NCBI GenBank assembly: GCA_965250035.1
Contig: OZ252282.1
Coordinates: forward strand, 2,998,536-3,062,535
Direction of reading: 5' to 3'
Length of the DNA: 64,000 nucleotides
Origin: Enterobacterales bacterium
GTDB taxonomy: Bacteria > Pseudomonadota > Gammaproteobacteria > Enterobacterales > GCA-2746155
Shown here: positions 45,412 through 54,797 of the stretch, one piece after another
Numbering within the stretch: position 1 is the stretch's first letter
How the letters are laid out: each line of letters opens with the position of its first letter
Translations under genes and position numbers: made by a program
The notes under the pieces: model-generated
Told to the model about the DNA's origin: nothing
What the model saw: only the letters and a program-made list of their open reading frames with translations
The model's database searches: none

Positions 45412-45753
45412 ATGAGCAGCGTATTTCAAGCATTATCGTCTTCTGTGAGAAGAAAAATTCTGGCCTACTTATCAGAAGCAAGCCTGACAGCCGGTGAAAT
45501 TGCTGAGCGTTTTGAAATTAGCAAGCCAGCATTGTCTAAACACTTAAATATACTCTTGAATGCTGGAGTGATTGCAGCAGAGAAGAAAGGCCAATACGTT
45601 CATTACAGCCTGGTCAAAGAAAATCTATTTGCTTCTATGAATGACTTTCTAGTCGATTTTTGTCCTGAGGGGAAGCCATTGAAAGTTGAAAGTGCTGAAA
45701 TCGCAAAAAAGAAAACAAAGTCATCGAAAAGCATAACTGAACAAAAACGATGA
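45412..45753 (+). CDS. ArsR/SmtB family transcriptional regulator
   Basis: 113 aa. RRKILAYLSEASLTAGEIAERFEISKPALSKHLNIL is a winged HTH. It is divergent from the 45332-43471 operon. Confidence 0.85.
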   Translation: MSSVFQALSSSVRRKILAYLSEASLTAGEIAERFEISKPALSKHLNILLNAGVIAAEKKGQYVHYSLVKENLFASMNDFLVDFCPEGKPLKVESAEIAKKKTKSSKSITEQKR

Positions 45754-46010
45754 TTTAAGTATTCATCTAACAAGGACAATCTTAGACGCGTTAATGGAGC
45801 GAACCGCTTGTAATCCACTGCGCTTTCATTCGATGATGAGTTTATGACGTCCCTGTAAAAGGAAATATTAGTTAGTGTAGACGGTATATCAATGGCCACA
45901 GAAGTTAATATAAATCGAGCTGAAAATAACGTTATTTTTCGCGATCTGGGGCTAGATATCGCCTAATAATTGATGAAGTTAAATAATTGGCTTTAAAAAC
46001 GGTCAATTGC

Positions 46011-46039
46011 TTGCCTCGAAGGGGTCTATCTGGTATAAA
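46011..46039 (+). promoter_or_regulatory. Candidate sigma70 promoter for rpmB-rpmG
   Basis: TTGCCT (46011-46016), a 17 nt spacer, then TATAAA (46034-46039), about 95 nt upstream of the rpmB ATG. Confidence 0.45.
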
Positions 46040-46134
46040 GTGCGCCCTTCCACTCCCTACAGGGTAAATGTATGGGGAAAGTGGTCACAGAATTTTAGAG
46101 TTTGGACTCGGTCGAAGCTAGCGGAGGCAAGAAA

Positions 46135-46371
46135 ATGTCCAGAGTATGTCAAGTAACCGGTAAGAGACCCGTTACAGGAAATAATGTATCACACGCAAAT
46201 AATCGTACGCGCCGTCGATTTTTGCCAAACCTTCACACCCATCGTTTTTGGGTTGAAGACGAAAAGCGTTTCGTTAAACTGCGCCTGTCTGCGAAAGGTA
46301 TGCGTATCGTTGATAAGTTGGGTATTGAAGAAGTGCTCAAGCAGATCCGTGCTCGCGGTGAAAAAGTCTAA
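46135..46371 (+). CDS. rpmB: 50S ribosomal protein L28
   Basis: [33 protein letters not shown], with a GGAGG RBS upstream. The track start at 46102 is too early. Confidence 0.95.
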   Translation: MSRVCQVTGKRPVTGNNVSHANNRTRRRFLPNLHTHRFWVEDEKRFVKLRLSAKGMRIVDKLGIEEVLKQIRARGEKV

Positions 46372-46389
46372 ATAGTAGGAGAATAACCC

Positions 46390-46545
46390 ATGCGTGATAA
46401 AATCAAACTGGTATCAAGTGCAGGCACAGGTCACTTCTACACGACTGACAAGAACAAGAAGAATATGCCTGGTAAGATGGAAATCAAAAAGTACGATCCC
46501 GTGGTACGTAAGCACGTGATGTACAAGGAAGCAAAAATCAAGTAA
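46390..46545 (+). CDS. rpmG: 50S ribosomal protein L33 (not in the ORF track because it is under 60 aa)
   Basis: My own translation gives [51 protein letters not shown] (51 aa). An AGGAG RBS lies upstream. Confidence 0.9.
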   Translation: MRDKIKLVSSAGTGHFYTTDKNKKNMPGKMEIKKYDPVVRKHVMYKEAKIK

Positions 46546-46571
46546 TTCGCTTTACTTGCCTTCGACTTCTC

Positions 46572-46601
46572 AAAGCCCGTTTCTAACGGGCTTTGTCTTT
46601 T
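46572..46601 (+). terminator. Rho-independent terminator after rpmG
   Basis: AAAGCCCGTT-TCT-AACGGGCTTT followed by GTCTTTT. Confidence 0.8.
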
Positions 46602-46655
46602 ATGGGCGGGCAAAACCTTTTGCTGACGGACCCTTATTACTCCATAATACGTGCC

Positions 46656-47126
46656 ATGGATAAGCGCCTCTTTCTCAATATCGTCATCGTTGCGATTCTT
46701 TCATTTTATCTCATCTTCGGGATCGCCTATCGCGGCCTGTTAGAGGAGTCTGAGCCGGACTTGGCGGAAGATTCCAATTGGGAGCAGCCCTACCTGATTC
46801 CCAAAGGCTGGACGCTCACAGAAATTGAATTTGCACCACAAATCCGCCTGACACCGACTGCTGAGGGTTGGCAAGCAGGGGAGCTGATTTCCACTGAGGT
46901 AGCTGGCCTGGTTGTCAATAATTGGCAGGGATTGGTCATTCAGGATATTGCGTCCTATGACGAGTTGCCAGTCGGCACGACCGTATTGGCATTCGTCGAG
47001 CAGCGCACTGCACCCATTGCCTATCGACTGATTGAGCAGTCCGGTTCGATTCAAATCTATCGTCTGGAAGACAAGAAACTATTCACGCTGCCGCAGGATC
47101 TTAAGCCCGTTATCTGGATAAACTAA
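46656..47126 (+). CDS. Hypothetical membrane-anchored protein
   Basis: The track start at 46593 lies inside the rpmG terminator. The ATG at 46656 gives MDKRLFLNIVIVAILSFYLIFGIAY, a single N-terminal TM helix. The stop overlaps the mutM start. Confidence 0.5.
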   Translation: MDKRLFLNIVIVAILSFYLIFGIAYRGLLEESEPDLAEDSNWEQPYLIPKGWTLTEIEFAPQIRLTPTAEGWQAGELISTEVAGLVVNNWQGLVIQDIASYDELPVGTTVLAFVEQRTAPIAYRLIEQSGSIQIYRLEDKKLFTLPQDLKPVIWIN

Positions 47127-47941
47127 TGCCCGAATTGCCAGAAGTAGAGACCAGTCGGCGGGGTATCATGCCGCATATCGAAGGCGAAACATTGCGTCAA
47201 ATCGTGGTACGGCAACCCAGCCTGCGCTGGCCGGTCGATATTGAACAGTGCCATAGGTTGGCTGGTCAGACACTGTTGGGCGTGCAGCGACGAGGCAAGT
47301 ATCTGTTACTCGAATTTGAGACAGGCACTCAATTATTGCATCTCGGCATGTCAGGCAGCCTGAGAGTCCTGCCACCCGATATTGTGCCGGGCAAGCACGA
47401 CCATGTCGATTTCATTTTTGCGAACAACAAGATGCTGCGCTTCAATGATCCGCGTCGCTTCGGGGCCCTGATCTGGGCCGGCAATGACCCTCAGTCCCAC
47501 CCATTACTCGCTTCATTAGGGCCGGAACCACTCGCAGAGGAATTCAATGTCGACTACTGCTATGCCAGGAGTCGAGGCAAAAAGCAGGCGATTAAGCAAT
47601 GGATCATGGATGGCCATGTGGTGGTCGGCGTGGGAAATATCTACGCCAATGAATCGCTGTTTAAGGCGGGTATACATCCCTCACGACAGGCTGGCAGGAT
47701 CAGCCATGCGCGGTATGAACGACTGGTAGCGACTATCAAGGAAGTCATAGCGGCAGCGATCACTCAGGGAGGCACGAGTTTACGTGACTTTACCCAAGCC
47801 GATGGCAAGCCGGGTTACTTCAAGCAGTCGCTGGCCGTTTATGGCAGGGGCGGTGAGCCTTGTGTCCAGTGTGATGCGGCATTGCACGAAACCCGCCACG
47901 GTCAGCGCGCGACGGTATATTGTGTGAATTGCCAGACCTAG
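47126..47941 (+). CDS. mutM: Formamidopyrimidine-DNA glycosylase
   Basis: 271 aa. MPELPEVE at the N-terminus, with a C-terminal zinc finger CxxC...CxxC. Confidence 0.95.
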   Translation: MPELPEVETSRRGIMPHIEGETLRQIVVRQPSLRWPVDIEQCHRLAGQTLLGVQRRGKYLLLEFETGTQLLHLGMSGSLRVLPPDIVPGKHDHVDFIFANNKMLRFNDPRRFGALIWAGNDPQSHPLLASLGPEPLAEEFNVDYCYARSRGKKQAIKQWIMDGHVVVGVGNIYANESLFKAGIHPSRQAGRISHARYERLVATIKEVIAAAITQGGTSLRDFTQADGKPGYFKQSLAVYGRGGEPCVQCDAALHETRHGQRATVYCVNCQT

Positions 47942-48094
47942 ACAGCCAGGCAGGCAGAGATGCCCAGTTTAAGCGTGTATTCGGGATAATTTGATCTGGA
48001 CTCGATGCCACTGACATTATATAGTTGTCGGCCAGAATAAAATAACTGTCGCCAATACAGTTATCACGACATAACAATAAATTAAGGTTTAAGT

Positions 48095-48508
48095 ATGCGC
48101 AGAAAACACCCAAAAGATGATGACGAAACAGCGGTCGACATGACGCCGATGTTGGACATCGTCTTCATCATGCTGATTTTCTTTATTGTGACGACTTCAT
48201 TCGTTAAGGAATCCGGTATTAACATCAACCGTCCTGATCCTAATCAGCAGAATGATCCTCCGCCACCCAAAGAGAAGAAAAATGTGTTCATCAAGATCGA
48301 TGCCACAAATCGGGTGTACATGGATAATCTGGATGTGGATGTCCGAGCGGTGCGGGCACGTGTTGAACAAAAGCGTGCTCAGAATCCTGATGCCATTGCG
48401 ATTGTTGGTGTTCATCCATCGTCAGAAACAGATACGCTGATTGCTGTGGTTAACGCGGCACGTGAGGCGGGTGTTGAAAGAGTCTCGGTTGATACCTATA
48501 AAGACTAA
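48095..48508 (+). CDS. exbD: ExbD/TolR family biopolymer transport protein
   Basis: 137 aa. DMTPMLDIVFIMLIFFIVTTSF. No exbB, tolQ or tonB gene is adjacent. Confidence 0.8.
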   Translation: MRRKHPKDDDETAVDMTPMLDIVFIMLIFFIVTTSFVKESGININRPDPNQQNDPPPPKEKKNVFIKIDATNRVYMDNLDVDVRAVRARVEQKRAQNPDAIAIVGVHPSSETDTLIAVVNAAREAGVERVSVDTYKD

Positions 48509-48523
48509 ATCTGATCAACATCG

Positions 48524-48553
48524 AAAAATGCAGCCGATGGCTGCATTTTTTTT
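48524..48553 (+). terminator. Rho-independent terminator after exbD
   Basis: AAAAATGCAGCC-GAT-GGCTGCATTTTTTTT. Confidence 0.85.
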
Positions 48554-48583
48554 GTTTAGCGTTTAATCAATGGTGAATTAGGA

Positions 48584-48925
48584 ATGTCTGAAGTATTGCT
48601 ATTAATCGGTTTTGCCCTGCTGGCCACTTACCTCTGGACCGCTGTCAAAGCGAAAGAGATTGCCATCCGTGCCGGGCATCAGGCATGTGAACAGAAAGGT
48701 CTGCAGTTTTTGGATCAGACCGTCGAGCAATACCGTGTCAGGCCAGGACTGGATAGCCGGAACAACCCTTGTTGGGTGCGCGAATATCAGTTCGAATTCG
48801 CGACCGATGGCGAGTTACGCTACGGTGGACAGCTCGTGATGCATGGCCACCGGGTGCATCAGTTGACACTGGATCCCTATCCGGAGACGATTATCGAACC
48901 GGTAGCGTTCAGTAACCGCCACTAG
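48584..48925 (+). CDS. DUF3301-like small membrane-anchored protein
   Basis: 113 aa with an N-terminal TM helix. The family call comes from recall. Confidence 0.6.
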   Translation: MSEVLLLIGFALLATYLWTAVKAKEIAIRAGHQACEQKGLQFLDQTVEQYRVRPGLDSRNNPCWVREYQFEFATDGELRYGGQLVMHGHRVHQLTLDPYPETIIEPVAFSNRH

Positions 48926-49854
48926 TCGTTAGGCTTGATCGCCAGCACGTCACAATTCATGTAATACAAAATCTGCTCCGCCGTATTGCCAATCATGTAA
49001 CCCTTAAATCCCGATCGGGCAACAGTGCCAAGTACAATCATGCGACTGTCGAGTTCGTCAGCGAGCTTGGAGATAGCCATTTCAGGATTGCCGATTACGA
49101 CATGGAATTGGTCCTCATTTAACCCGGCCTGAAGCACCGCATCGCGCCCCTTGTCAGCGGCAGACTGCTGCATCTTATCGAGATAGGTATTTGGATCGAT
49201 GGCGGCATACTCCATATCAACCAGGATAGGTAGCGGCGGGCAGGCCGAAGCCGCATGGACCTTGTCATCGAGTAGTTTGCCCATAAAGGTGGCTGTACCT
49301 AAGATTCGTTTATTGAGTGCCTGATGCTCGTCCTCGGCGTCGAGAACATCAATGGCTGCCAGAATGGTACTGCCGCTAGGCCAGGCTTCCTCGGTCACAA
49401 TGAGAACCGGACAAGGGCAGTCACGTAACAGGTGCCAGTCGAGTGGTGTATGAATAAAGCCTTCGAGCCGGAAATGTTTCGTGGCGGTCTTGATCAGGAG
49501 ATCATAGTCATTCTTGCTGCAATGTTCGCTGATGCCTGTATGGGCGACCGGTGTCCAAATAACTTCAGCGCTAATTTCCAGGCTATCGGTATCCAGGCTA
49601 GCCAGCAGCTCTTCGATATCCGCATTTCGCCGCGCAATGAGCCGTTCGCGCAATAATTCTTCAGTCTCAACCAGTATCTCGCCATTGATGAAATTCAAGG
49701 TCGTGTATAGGGTGGATACGATATGAATGGATACGCCTGTTTTGCGTGCTAATTCAAGGGCGCGTAGCAGGGCTGTCTGCTGGTGATGCGTTTCATCATA
49801 AATCACCAGAATACGATTAAGTTGTTCCATCACTGACTCCTTGTCGTATTGCAT
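48922..49854 (-). CDS. Tandem universal stress protein (UspE-like)
   Basis: 310 aa with two Usp domains. The second ends with GTVARSGFKGYMIGNTAEQIL. Confidence 0.85.
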   Translation of the reverse strand: MQYDKESVMEQLNRILVIYDETHHQQTALLRALELARKTGVSIHIVSTLYTTLNFINGEILVETEELLRERLIARRNADIEELLASLDTDSLEISAEVIWTPVAHTGISEHCSKNDYDLLIKTATKHFRLEGFIHTPLDWHLLRDCPCPVLIVTEEAWPSGSTILAAIDVLDAEDEHQALNKRILGTATFMGKLLDDKVHAASACPPLPILVDMEYAAIDPNTYLDKMQQSAADKGRDAVLQAGLNEDQFHVVIGNPEMAISKLADELDSRMIVLGTVARSGFKGYMIGNTAEQILYYMNCDVLAIKPND

Positions 49855-49967
49855 AAAAATATTTCATGTTGGCAGAAAAACTGGTTCATGTAATACCATT
49901 AGATCCTTATTATAATAACAGTTATGTATTGGCATGGTGTTGATACATGTCAGATCAGGGACATTTT

Positions 49968-50978
49968 ATGAAGACTGGAATCCTAATCGTTAATCTAGGC
50001 ACACCTGATTCACCTGAGGTGAAAGACGTGCGTATCTTTCTGCGAGAGTTTCTCTCTGATCCGCTCGTGGTTGATCTGCCTGACATCCCGCGCTGGATTC
50101 TCGTGAATCTGATCATCGCACCATTTCGTGCGCCTGGCTCCAGTGAAGAGTACAAGCGACTCTGGACTGACAAGGGCTCGCCGCTGAAATACCATACTGA
50201 GGAATTGCTTGCCCAGCTACAAGACTATTTCGAAGACGACACGATCGTGGAAATGGCGATGCGTTATCGTAATCCCTCAATTGCCGATCGACTCCAGCAC
50301 TTACGCGCCGAGGGTATCGAGCAATTGACCGTGGTGCCATTGTTTCCACAGTATGCCGAGGCAACCAACCTGTCGGTGATTCAGGAGGTTAAGGATCAAC
50401 TGGCAAGGATTGATTGGCGTGTCGATGTCAGTTTTGTGGATAGTTTTCCGGTACAACCGGATTTCATCAAGGCAATCATTAGCGCCGCAAACTTACCAGA
50501 GACAGACTTTGACCATACCTTATTCAGTTTCCATAGCCTGCCTGAGAGGCAACTCAAACGGCTCTATGATACCTGCATCACAGAGAATTGTTGCGCGACC
50601 TGGGGTGAGCACAACAAAGACTGCTATCGTGCCCAGTGCTTCGCGACCGCGCGTGCTATCGCTGAGAGTCTGAATCTCGATGAGTCTGACTACACGGTAT
50701 GCTTCCAGTCGCGGGCGGGTAATATTCCCTGGGTGCAGCCCTATACCGATGAGGTAATTGATGCGCTCAACGCCCGGGGTGTGAAATCGCTTTGTGTCTT
50801 TTCTCCGGCCTTCGTGGCTGATTGTCTCGAAACCGATGTTGAGATCGGCCATACCTATCGCGATCAGTTCATTGATGGCGGCGGCGAGACCTTCTACGTC
50901 GCTCCCTGTGTGAATAGCCATCCAGAGTGGGTGGCTGCCTTGGCTGAGATTATCAAGGATCATCTCAAGGCGGCTTAA
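49968..50978 (+). CDS. hemH: Ferrochelatase
   Basis: MKTGILIVNLGTPDSP is a canonical N-terminus. An alternative upstream ATG lies at 49947. The catalytic-region motif FSFHSLP is present. Confidence 0.9.
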   Translation: MKTGILIVNLGTPDSPEVKDVRIFLREFLSDPLVVDLPDIPRWILVNLIIAPFRAPGSSEEYKRLWTDKGSPLKYHTEELLAQLQDYFEDDTIVEMAMRYRNPSIADRLQHLRAEGIEQLTVVPLFPQYAEATNLSVIQEVKDQLARIDWRVDVSFVDSFPVQPDFIKAIISAANLPETDFDHTLFSFHSLPERQLKRLYDTCITENCCATWGEHNKDCYRAQCFATARAIAESLNLDESDYTVCFQSRAGNIPWVQPYTDEVIDALNARGVKSLCVFSPAFVADCLETDVEIGHTYRDQFIDGGGETFYVAPCVNSHPEWVAALAEIIKDHLKAA

Positions 50979-51080
50979 CGAGACCCGCTCGACAAAATAC
51001 ATGCTGATAGCGGGCTGACCCTGTTCATTTCTTCAGTCTATTGCCATACTAGGTCTATGCAGTAAATAGTGTGATTACAG

Positions 51081-53120
51081 ATGTCATCAGTTCATGACAA
51101 TATAACCATCGTCGTCCCTAACGCACTGGAGTTGTTAAACACGCCAGTCTGGATCTGGGACATGGAAGCAGAAAACATCATCTGGGGCAATCCATCCTGC
51201 CTGGAGCTATGGGGTGCCGACACCGTCCAGCAACTACAACAGATGGATTTCACCAATCAGCCATTGCTGACACAATTTCAAGAAATGTCTAAACGGTTTC
51301 GTGCCGGACTCAGTGTCGAAGAAGAGCAGATTTTCAGTATCCGGGGCACACCCACAACGGTAACCTGTCAATGTCAGGGCATTGATATCGATGGCTATGA
51401 ACTAACCGCCCTGGTTGAAGTGCGACAGGTAGCCAGGAGCCCGCAGGATGCGAACGTTCAGTCCAGTATTGAAGCGCTACAGCACACGCCGGCAATGGTT
51501 TCCATATTCACGATGGACGGCGTCTGTCTGATGCGTAATCCGGCGGCAATGCGCAGCTTTGGCTTCCTCAATCCGAACGACAAGGAAACCATCTTTGACC
51601 GTATCTGCGATGCTTCGGTAGCGCAGGAATTGCGCGATAGTATGACGCGCGGCACATCGTTTTCCGCCGAGATCATGACCCAGACCAAACAGGGTGAACG
51701 TTGGCATCATTTCGATGCTCGAATCATCCTTAATCAAAATAACAGCCAGGTCATTCTGGTCAATGAGCTGGATGTCCACAAGCGTAAGATGGCGTCCGAT
51801 CAGGCGTATCGTCTCGCCTATTATGACCCCCTGACGGAATTACCCAATCGTGTGGCATTTGCTAATCGTGTCGAGGATATATTACTTGGTTTGAGTCACA
51901 AGCAGGATGAGAGTGCATTAGTCATCTACCTCAACATCAACAATTTCAGCGATGTTAACAGTACCTTTGGCTTTGCAGCGGGGGATAAGCTGCTTCAGGA
52001 TGTTGGGCAGCGACTCACCGAGAGTTTGCCGGACGCTGAAATCGTCTCTCGCGTGGGTGCGGATAAATATGCCGTGGTCTATCAGCTGTCCAGCGATGCC
52101 AACCAGATCCAAGAATTTGTGAATCGCATCATTTCCCAGTTCGACAAGCCGTATCAGATCCTCGAGCATGCCTATCTGGTTGGGATCCGAATGGGTATTT
52201 CTCTGCTCCCGGAACATGCCCAGAGCGAAATGGAGGCGAGTCGGGTAACGGATATTGCGCTCAACCATGCCCGAGATAAGGGACGCAATGCCTGGGTATT
52301 GTATAACTCACGGATGTCGATTGTGACGTATGAGAAAACCCAACGTGTTCAACAGATCTATGAGGCGATGGCGAAAGGCCAATTCATGCTCTATTTCCAG
52401 CCGCAAATCGATCTGGCGACTGGGAAGATGATCGGTGCAGAAACCCTGATGCGCTGGCGCCAGGAGGATGGCAGTTTCGTATCACCCGCGGTCTTTATCC
52501 CCCTGGCTGAACAGATGGGTGTTATCAATGACATCAGCCGCTGGGTGATACGCGAGGCTTGTCGACTGAATCGCAGTTGGTCTGATAAGGGTTTTGATTC
52601 GTTTCGGGTGGCGGTGAATATCTCGGGCGCTGAATTCGATGATCCAGATTTCGTTGGGATGGTGAAAGATGCCCTCTTCAGTAGTGGTCTTGAGCCCCAT
52701 TTACTTGAGTTAGAGGTCACAGAGACGGCCCTGGTACATGACATTGATCAGGCGGTCGAGGTCCTCAATCGGATCAAGGAATTAGGCGTTGAGGTGGCGA
52801 TTGATGATTTCGGCACGGGTCACTCTTCGCTCAATTATTTGAAACGTTTTCCAATTGACCGGCTAAAAATCGATAAGTCTTTTGTGGACCAAATCAAGTC
52901 CGGTGGCAAACAGGATCTCGCCATCGTAAAGGCGATCCTCGATATGGCCTCAGCTTTTGAGATCAGTACAATCGCGGAGGGAATCGAGCATGCAGAACAG
53001 GCTAAAATTCTGCATGACATCGGTTGCCATGAAGGCCAGGGGTATCATTTTTCTAAACCCCTATCGGTCGCCGAGTTTGAAAATCTGATGATGTCCAAAC
53101 AGGAAGCGCCGCAAGTCTAA
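51081..53120 (+). CDS. PAS-GGDEF-EAL signalling protein (degenerate GGDEF, EAL-type phosphodiesterase)
   Basis: 679 aa. The GGDEF position reads GADKY. The EAL domain has ETLMR, DDFGTGHSS, EGIE and QGYHFSKP. Confidence 0.9.
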   Translation: MSSVHDNITIVVPNALELLNTPVWIWDMEAENIIWGNPSCLELWGADTVQQLQQMDFTNQPLLTQFQEMSKRFRAGLSVEEEQIFSIRGTPTTVTCQCQGIDIDGYELTALVEVRQVARSPQDANVQSSIEALQHTPAMVSIFTMDGVCLMRNPAAMRSFGFLNPNDKETIFDRICDASVAQELRDSMTRGTSFSAEIMTQTKQGERWHHFDARIILNQNNSQVILVNELDVHKRKMASDQAYRLAYYDPLTELPNRVAFANRVEDILLGLSHKQDESALVIYLNINNFSDVNSTFGFAAGDKLLQDVGQRLTESLPDAEIVSRVGADKYAVVYQLSSDANQIQEFVNRIISQFDKPYQILEHAYLVGIRMGISLLPEHAQSEMEASRVTDIALNHARDKGRNAWVLYNSRMSIVTYEKTQRVQQIYEAMAKGQFMLYFQPQIDLATGKMIGAETLMRWRQEDGSFVSPAVFIPLAEQMGVINDISRWVIREACRLNRSWSDKGFDSFRVAVNISGAEFDDPDFVGMVKDALFSSGLEPHLLELEVTETALVHDIDQAVEVLNRIKELGVEVAIDDFGTGHSSLNYLKRFPIDRLKIDKSFVDQIKSGGKQDLAIVKAILDMASAFEISTIAEGIEHAEQAKILHDIGCHEGQGYHFSKPLSVAEFENLMMSKQEAPQV

Positions 53121-53124
53121 TCCG

Positions 53125-54783
53125 CTAGTCGGCCGCGAACACCTGTTCTCCTGCCAAATAGGTTGCCAGCACCTTAATTTTCCAGATGTCTTGCTCGGGT
53201 ATTTCCATATAATCCCGATCCACCAGGATGAAGTCGGCCCACTTGCCGGCCTCGAGTGAACCGATGACCTTTTCCTGATGACCGGCGTATGCGGCGTCCA
53301 ATGTGAAGGAGCGCAATGCCTCTTCACGCGTCATCTTTTGATCCACTCGCCAGCCACCCATTGGCTTGTTGTTTCGATCCTGTCGGGTTACGCCGGCATG
53401 TAAGCCATAAAAGGGATTCGATGGTTCGACTGGGAAGTCAGAGCCATTGGCGATGCGGGATCCTTGTTGTAAAAATTTACGCCAGGCATAGGCACCCGCG
53501 AGACGCTTCTCACCCACCCGTGCCTTGGCCATATTCATGTCCGATGTCGCATGGGTTGTCTGCATGGAAGGGATGACATCAAGCTCCTTGAAGCGCGGGA
53601 TGTCCTTCAGGTGGACGATCTGTGCATGTTCGACTCGATTGCGCAGGTTTCGGTATTGCGGATATTTAGCAAAGATATCTAAGAGTAGTCGATTACCCTT
53701 ATCCCCGATGGCGTGGGTATTCACCTGAAAGCCGTTCTCCATGGCGAACTTAGTCATCGCCTCGGTGTTTTCCGGTGTATGCAACAGTAGGCCAGTACTC
53801 TCTGGACGATCGGAATAGGGCTCATCCAGTGCCGCACCACGGCTACCCAATGCACCGTCAATCTGGATTTTTATGCTGCGAATCGAGAGTTTGTCGTCAT
53901 ACAAGGAAGGCTCAGGGCCATTTTTTATGACGTCTTCGTAGCCATCAGAAGTGACCGATAGCATGCCATAGACCCGGACATCGAGTGCATCGGCTTCGCC
54001 GATCTTTTTGAACGCGACGATTTCCTCTGGTGATATGCCTGCGTCATGGACCGAGGTGATACCCTCGGAGGCCAGTTTTGCAAAGGCGGTTTCAATGTAA
54101 TCGATGATTTGTTGTTCTGAAATTTCAGGGATGGCGCGGCTGACAATATCCATGGCGTTATCAATCAACACGCCCGTCGGATTGCCGTTTTCATCCTTCA
54201 GGATTTCACCACCCTGAGGATCCAAGGTATTGCGATCGATGCCTGCGCGCCGCAGGGCTTCTGAATTGGCCCAGGCAGCATGGCCATCGACGCGATTCAA
54301 GAAGACGGGCTTCCCGGGGACCGCATTGTCGAGGGTCTCGGCATTAGGGAATTCGTTCTTGTCCCATAACACCTGATTCCAGCCACGGCCGAGGATCCAT
54401 TCCTGGGTGTTATTCTTGCGCGCGAATTCTGCCACGAGCTGCGCCGCATGCTCGGCTGATTTACTCTTAGTCAGGTCGACATTTTGTAACGACTGACCAT
54501 AGCTCATGATGTGACCATGGGCATCGATTAGACCGGGTAGCAGATAGTTTCCCTGGCCATCAATCAGAGTACGTTTCTTTTTCGTCTGTAATAGTTTCTC
54601 AACGGAGGGCTTATCCAGGGTTTGTACTACCTTGCCCTGATCATCATAGAGTAGTCCATGAAAGGTCAATAAGCCATCCTCGGTAATGGTATAGCCTTTG
54701 ATATTATGAACCAGGGTTTCTGCGAGTGCAGGGGCACTGATAATAAGAACCAATAGACTGATAATTGTGCGATGTAGATTCAT
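53125..54783 (-). CDS. Secreted metal-dependent amidohydrolase (YtcJ-like, amidohydrolase_3)
   Basis: 552 aa with signal peptide MNLHRTIISLLVLIISAPALA and the GLIDAHGH metal motif. Its start is 14 nt downstream of the kinase gene. Confidence 0.85.
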   Translation of the reverse strand: MNLHRTIISLLVLIISAPALAETLVHNIKGYTITEDGLLTFHGLLYDDQGKVVQTLDKPSVEKLLQTKKKRTLIDGQGNYLLPGLIDAHGHIMSYGQSLQNVDLTKSKSAEHAAQLVAEFARKNNTQEWILGRGWNQVLWDKNEFPNAETLDNAVPGKPVFLNRVDGHAAWANSEALRRAGIDRNTLDPQGGEILKDENGNPTGVLIDNAMDIVSRAIPEISEQQIIDYIETAFAKLASEGITSVHDAGISPEEIVAFKKIGEADALDVRVYGMLSVTSDGYEDVIKNGPEPSLYDDKLSIRSIKIQIDGALGSRGAALDEPYSDRPESTGLLLHTPENTEAMTKFAMENGFQVNTHAIGDKGNRLLLDIFAKYPQYRNLRNRVEHAQIVHLKDIPRFKELDVIPSMQTTHATSDMNMAKARVGEKRLAGAYAWRKFLQQGSRIANGSDFPVEPSNPFYGLHAGVTRQDRNNKPMGGWRVDQKMTREEALRSFTLDAAYAGHQEKVIGSLEAGKWADFILVDRDYMEIPEQDIWKIKVLATYLAGEQVFAAD

Positions 54784-54797
54784 ATTCTCTCCGGATA

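Noticed and set aside
50520-51002. 160 aa minus-strand ORF overlapping the 3' half of hemH
   Set aside because: It is a shadow of the ferrochelatase gene. It has no recognisable motif and no room for an independent promoter or RBS.
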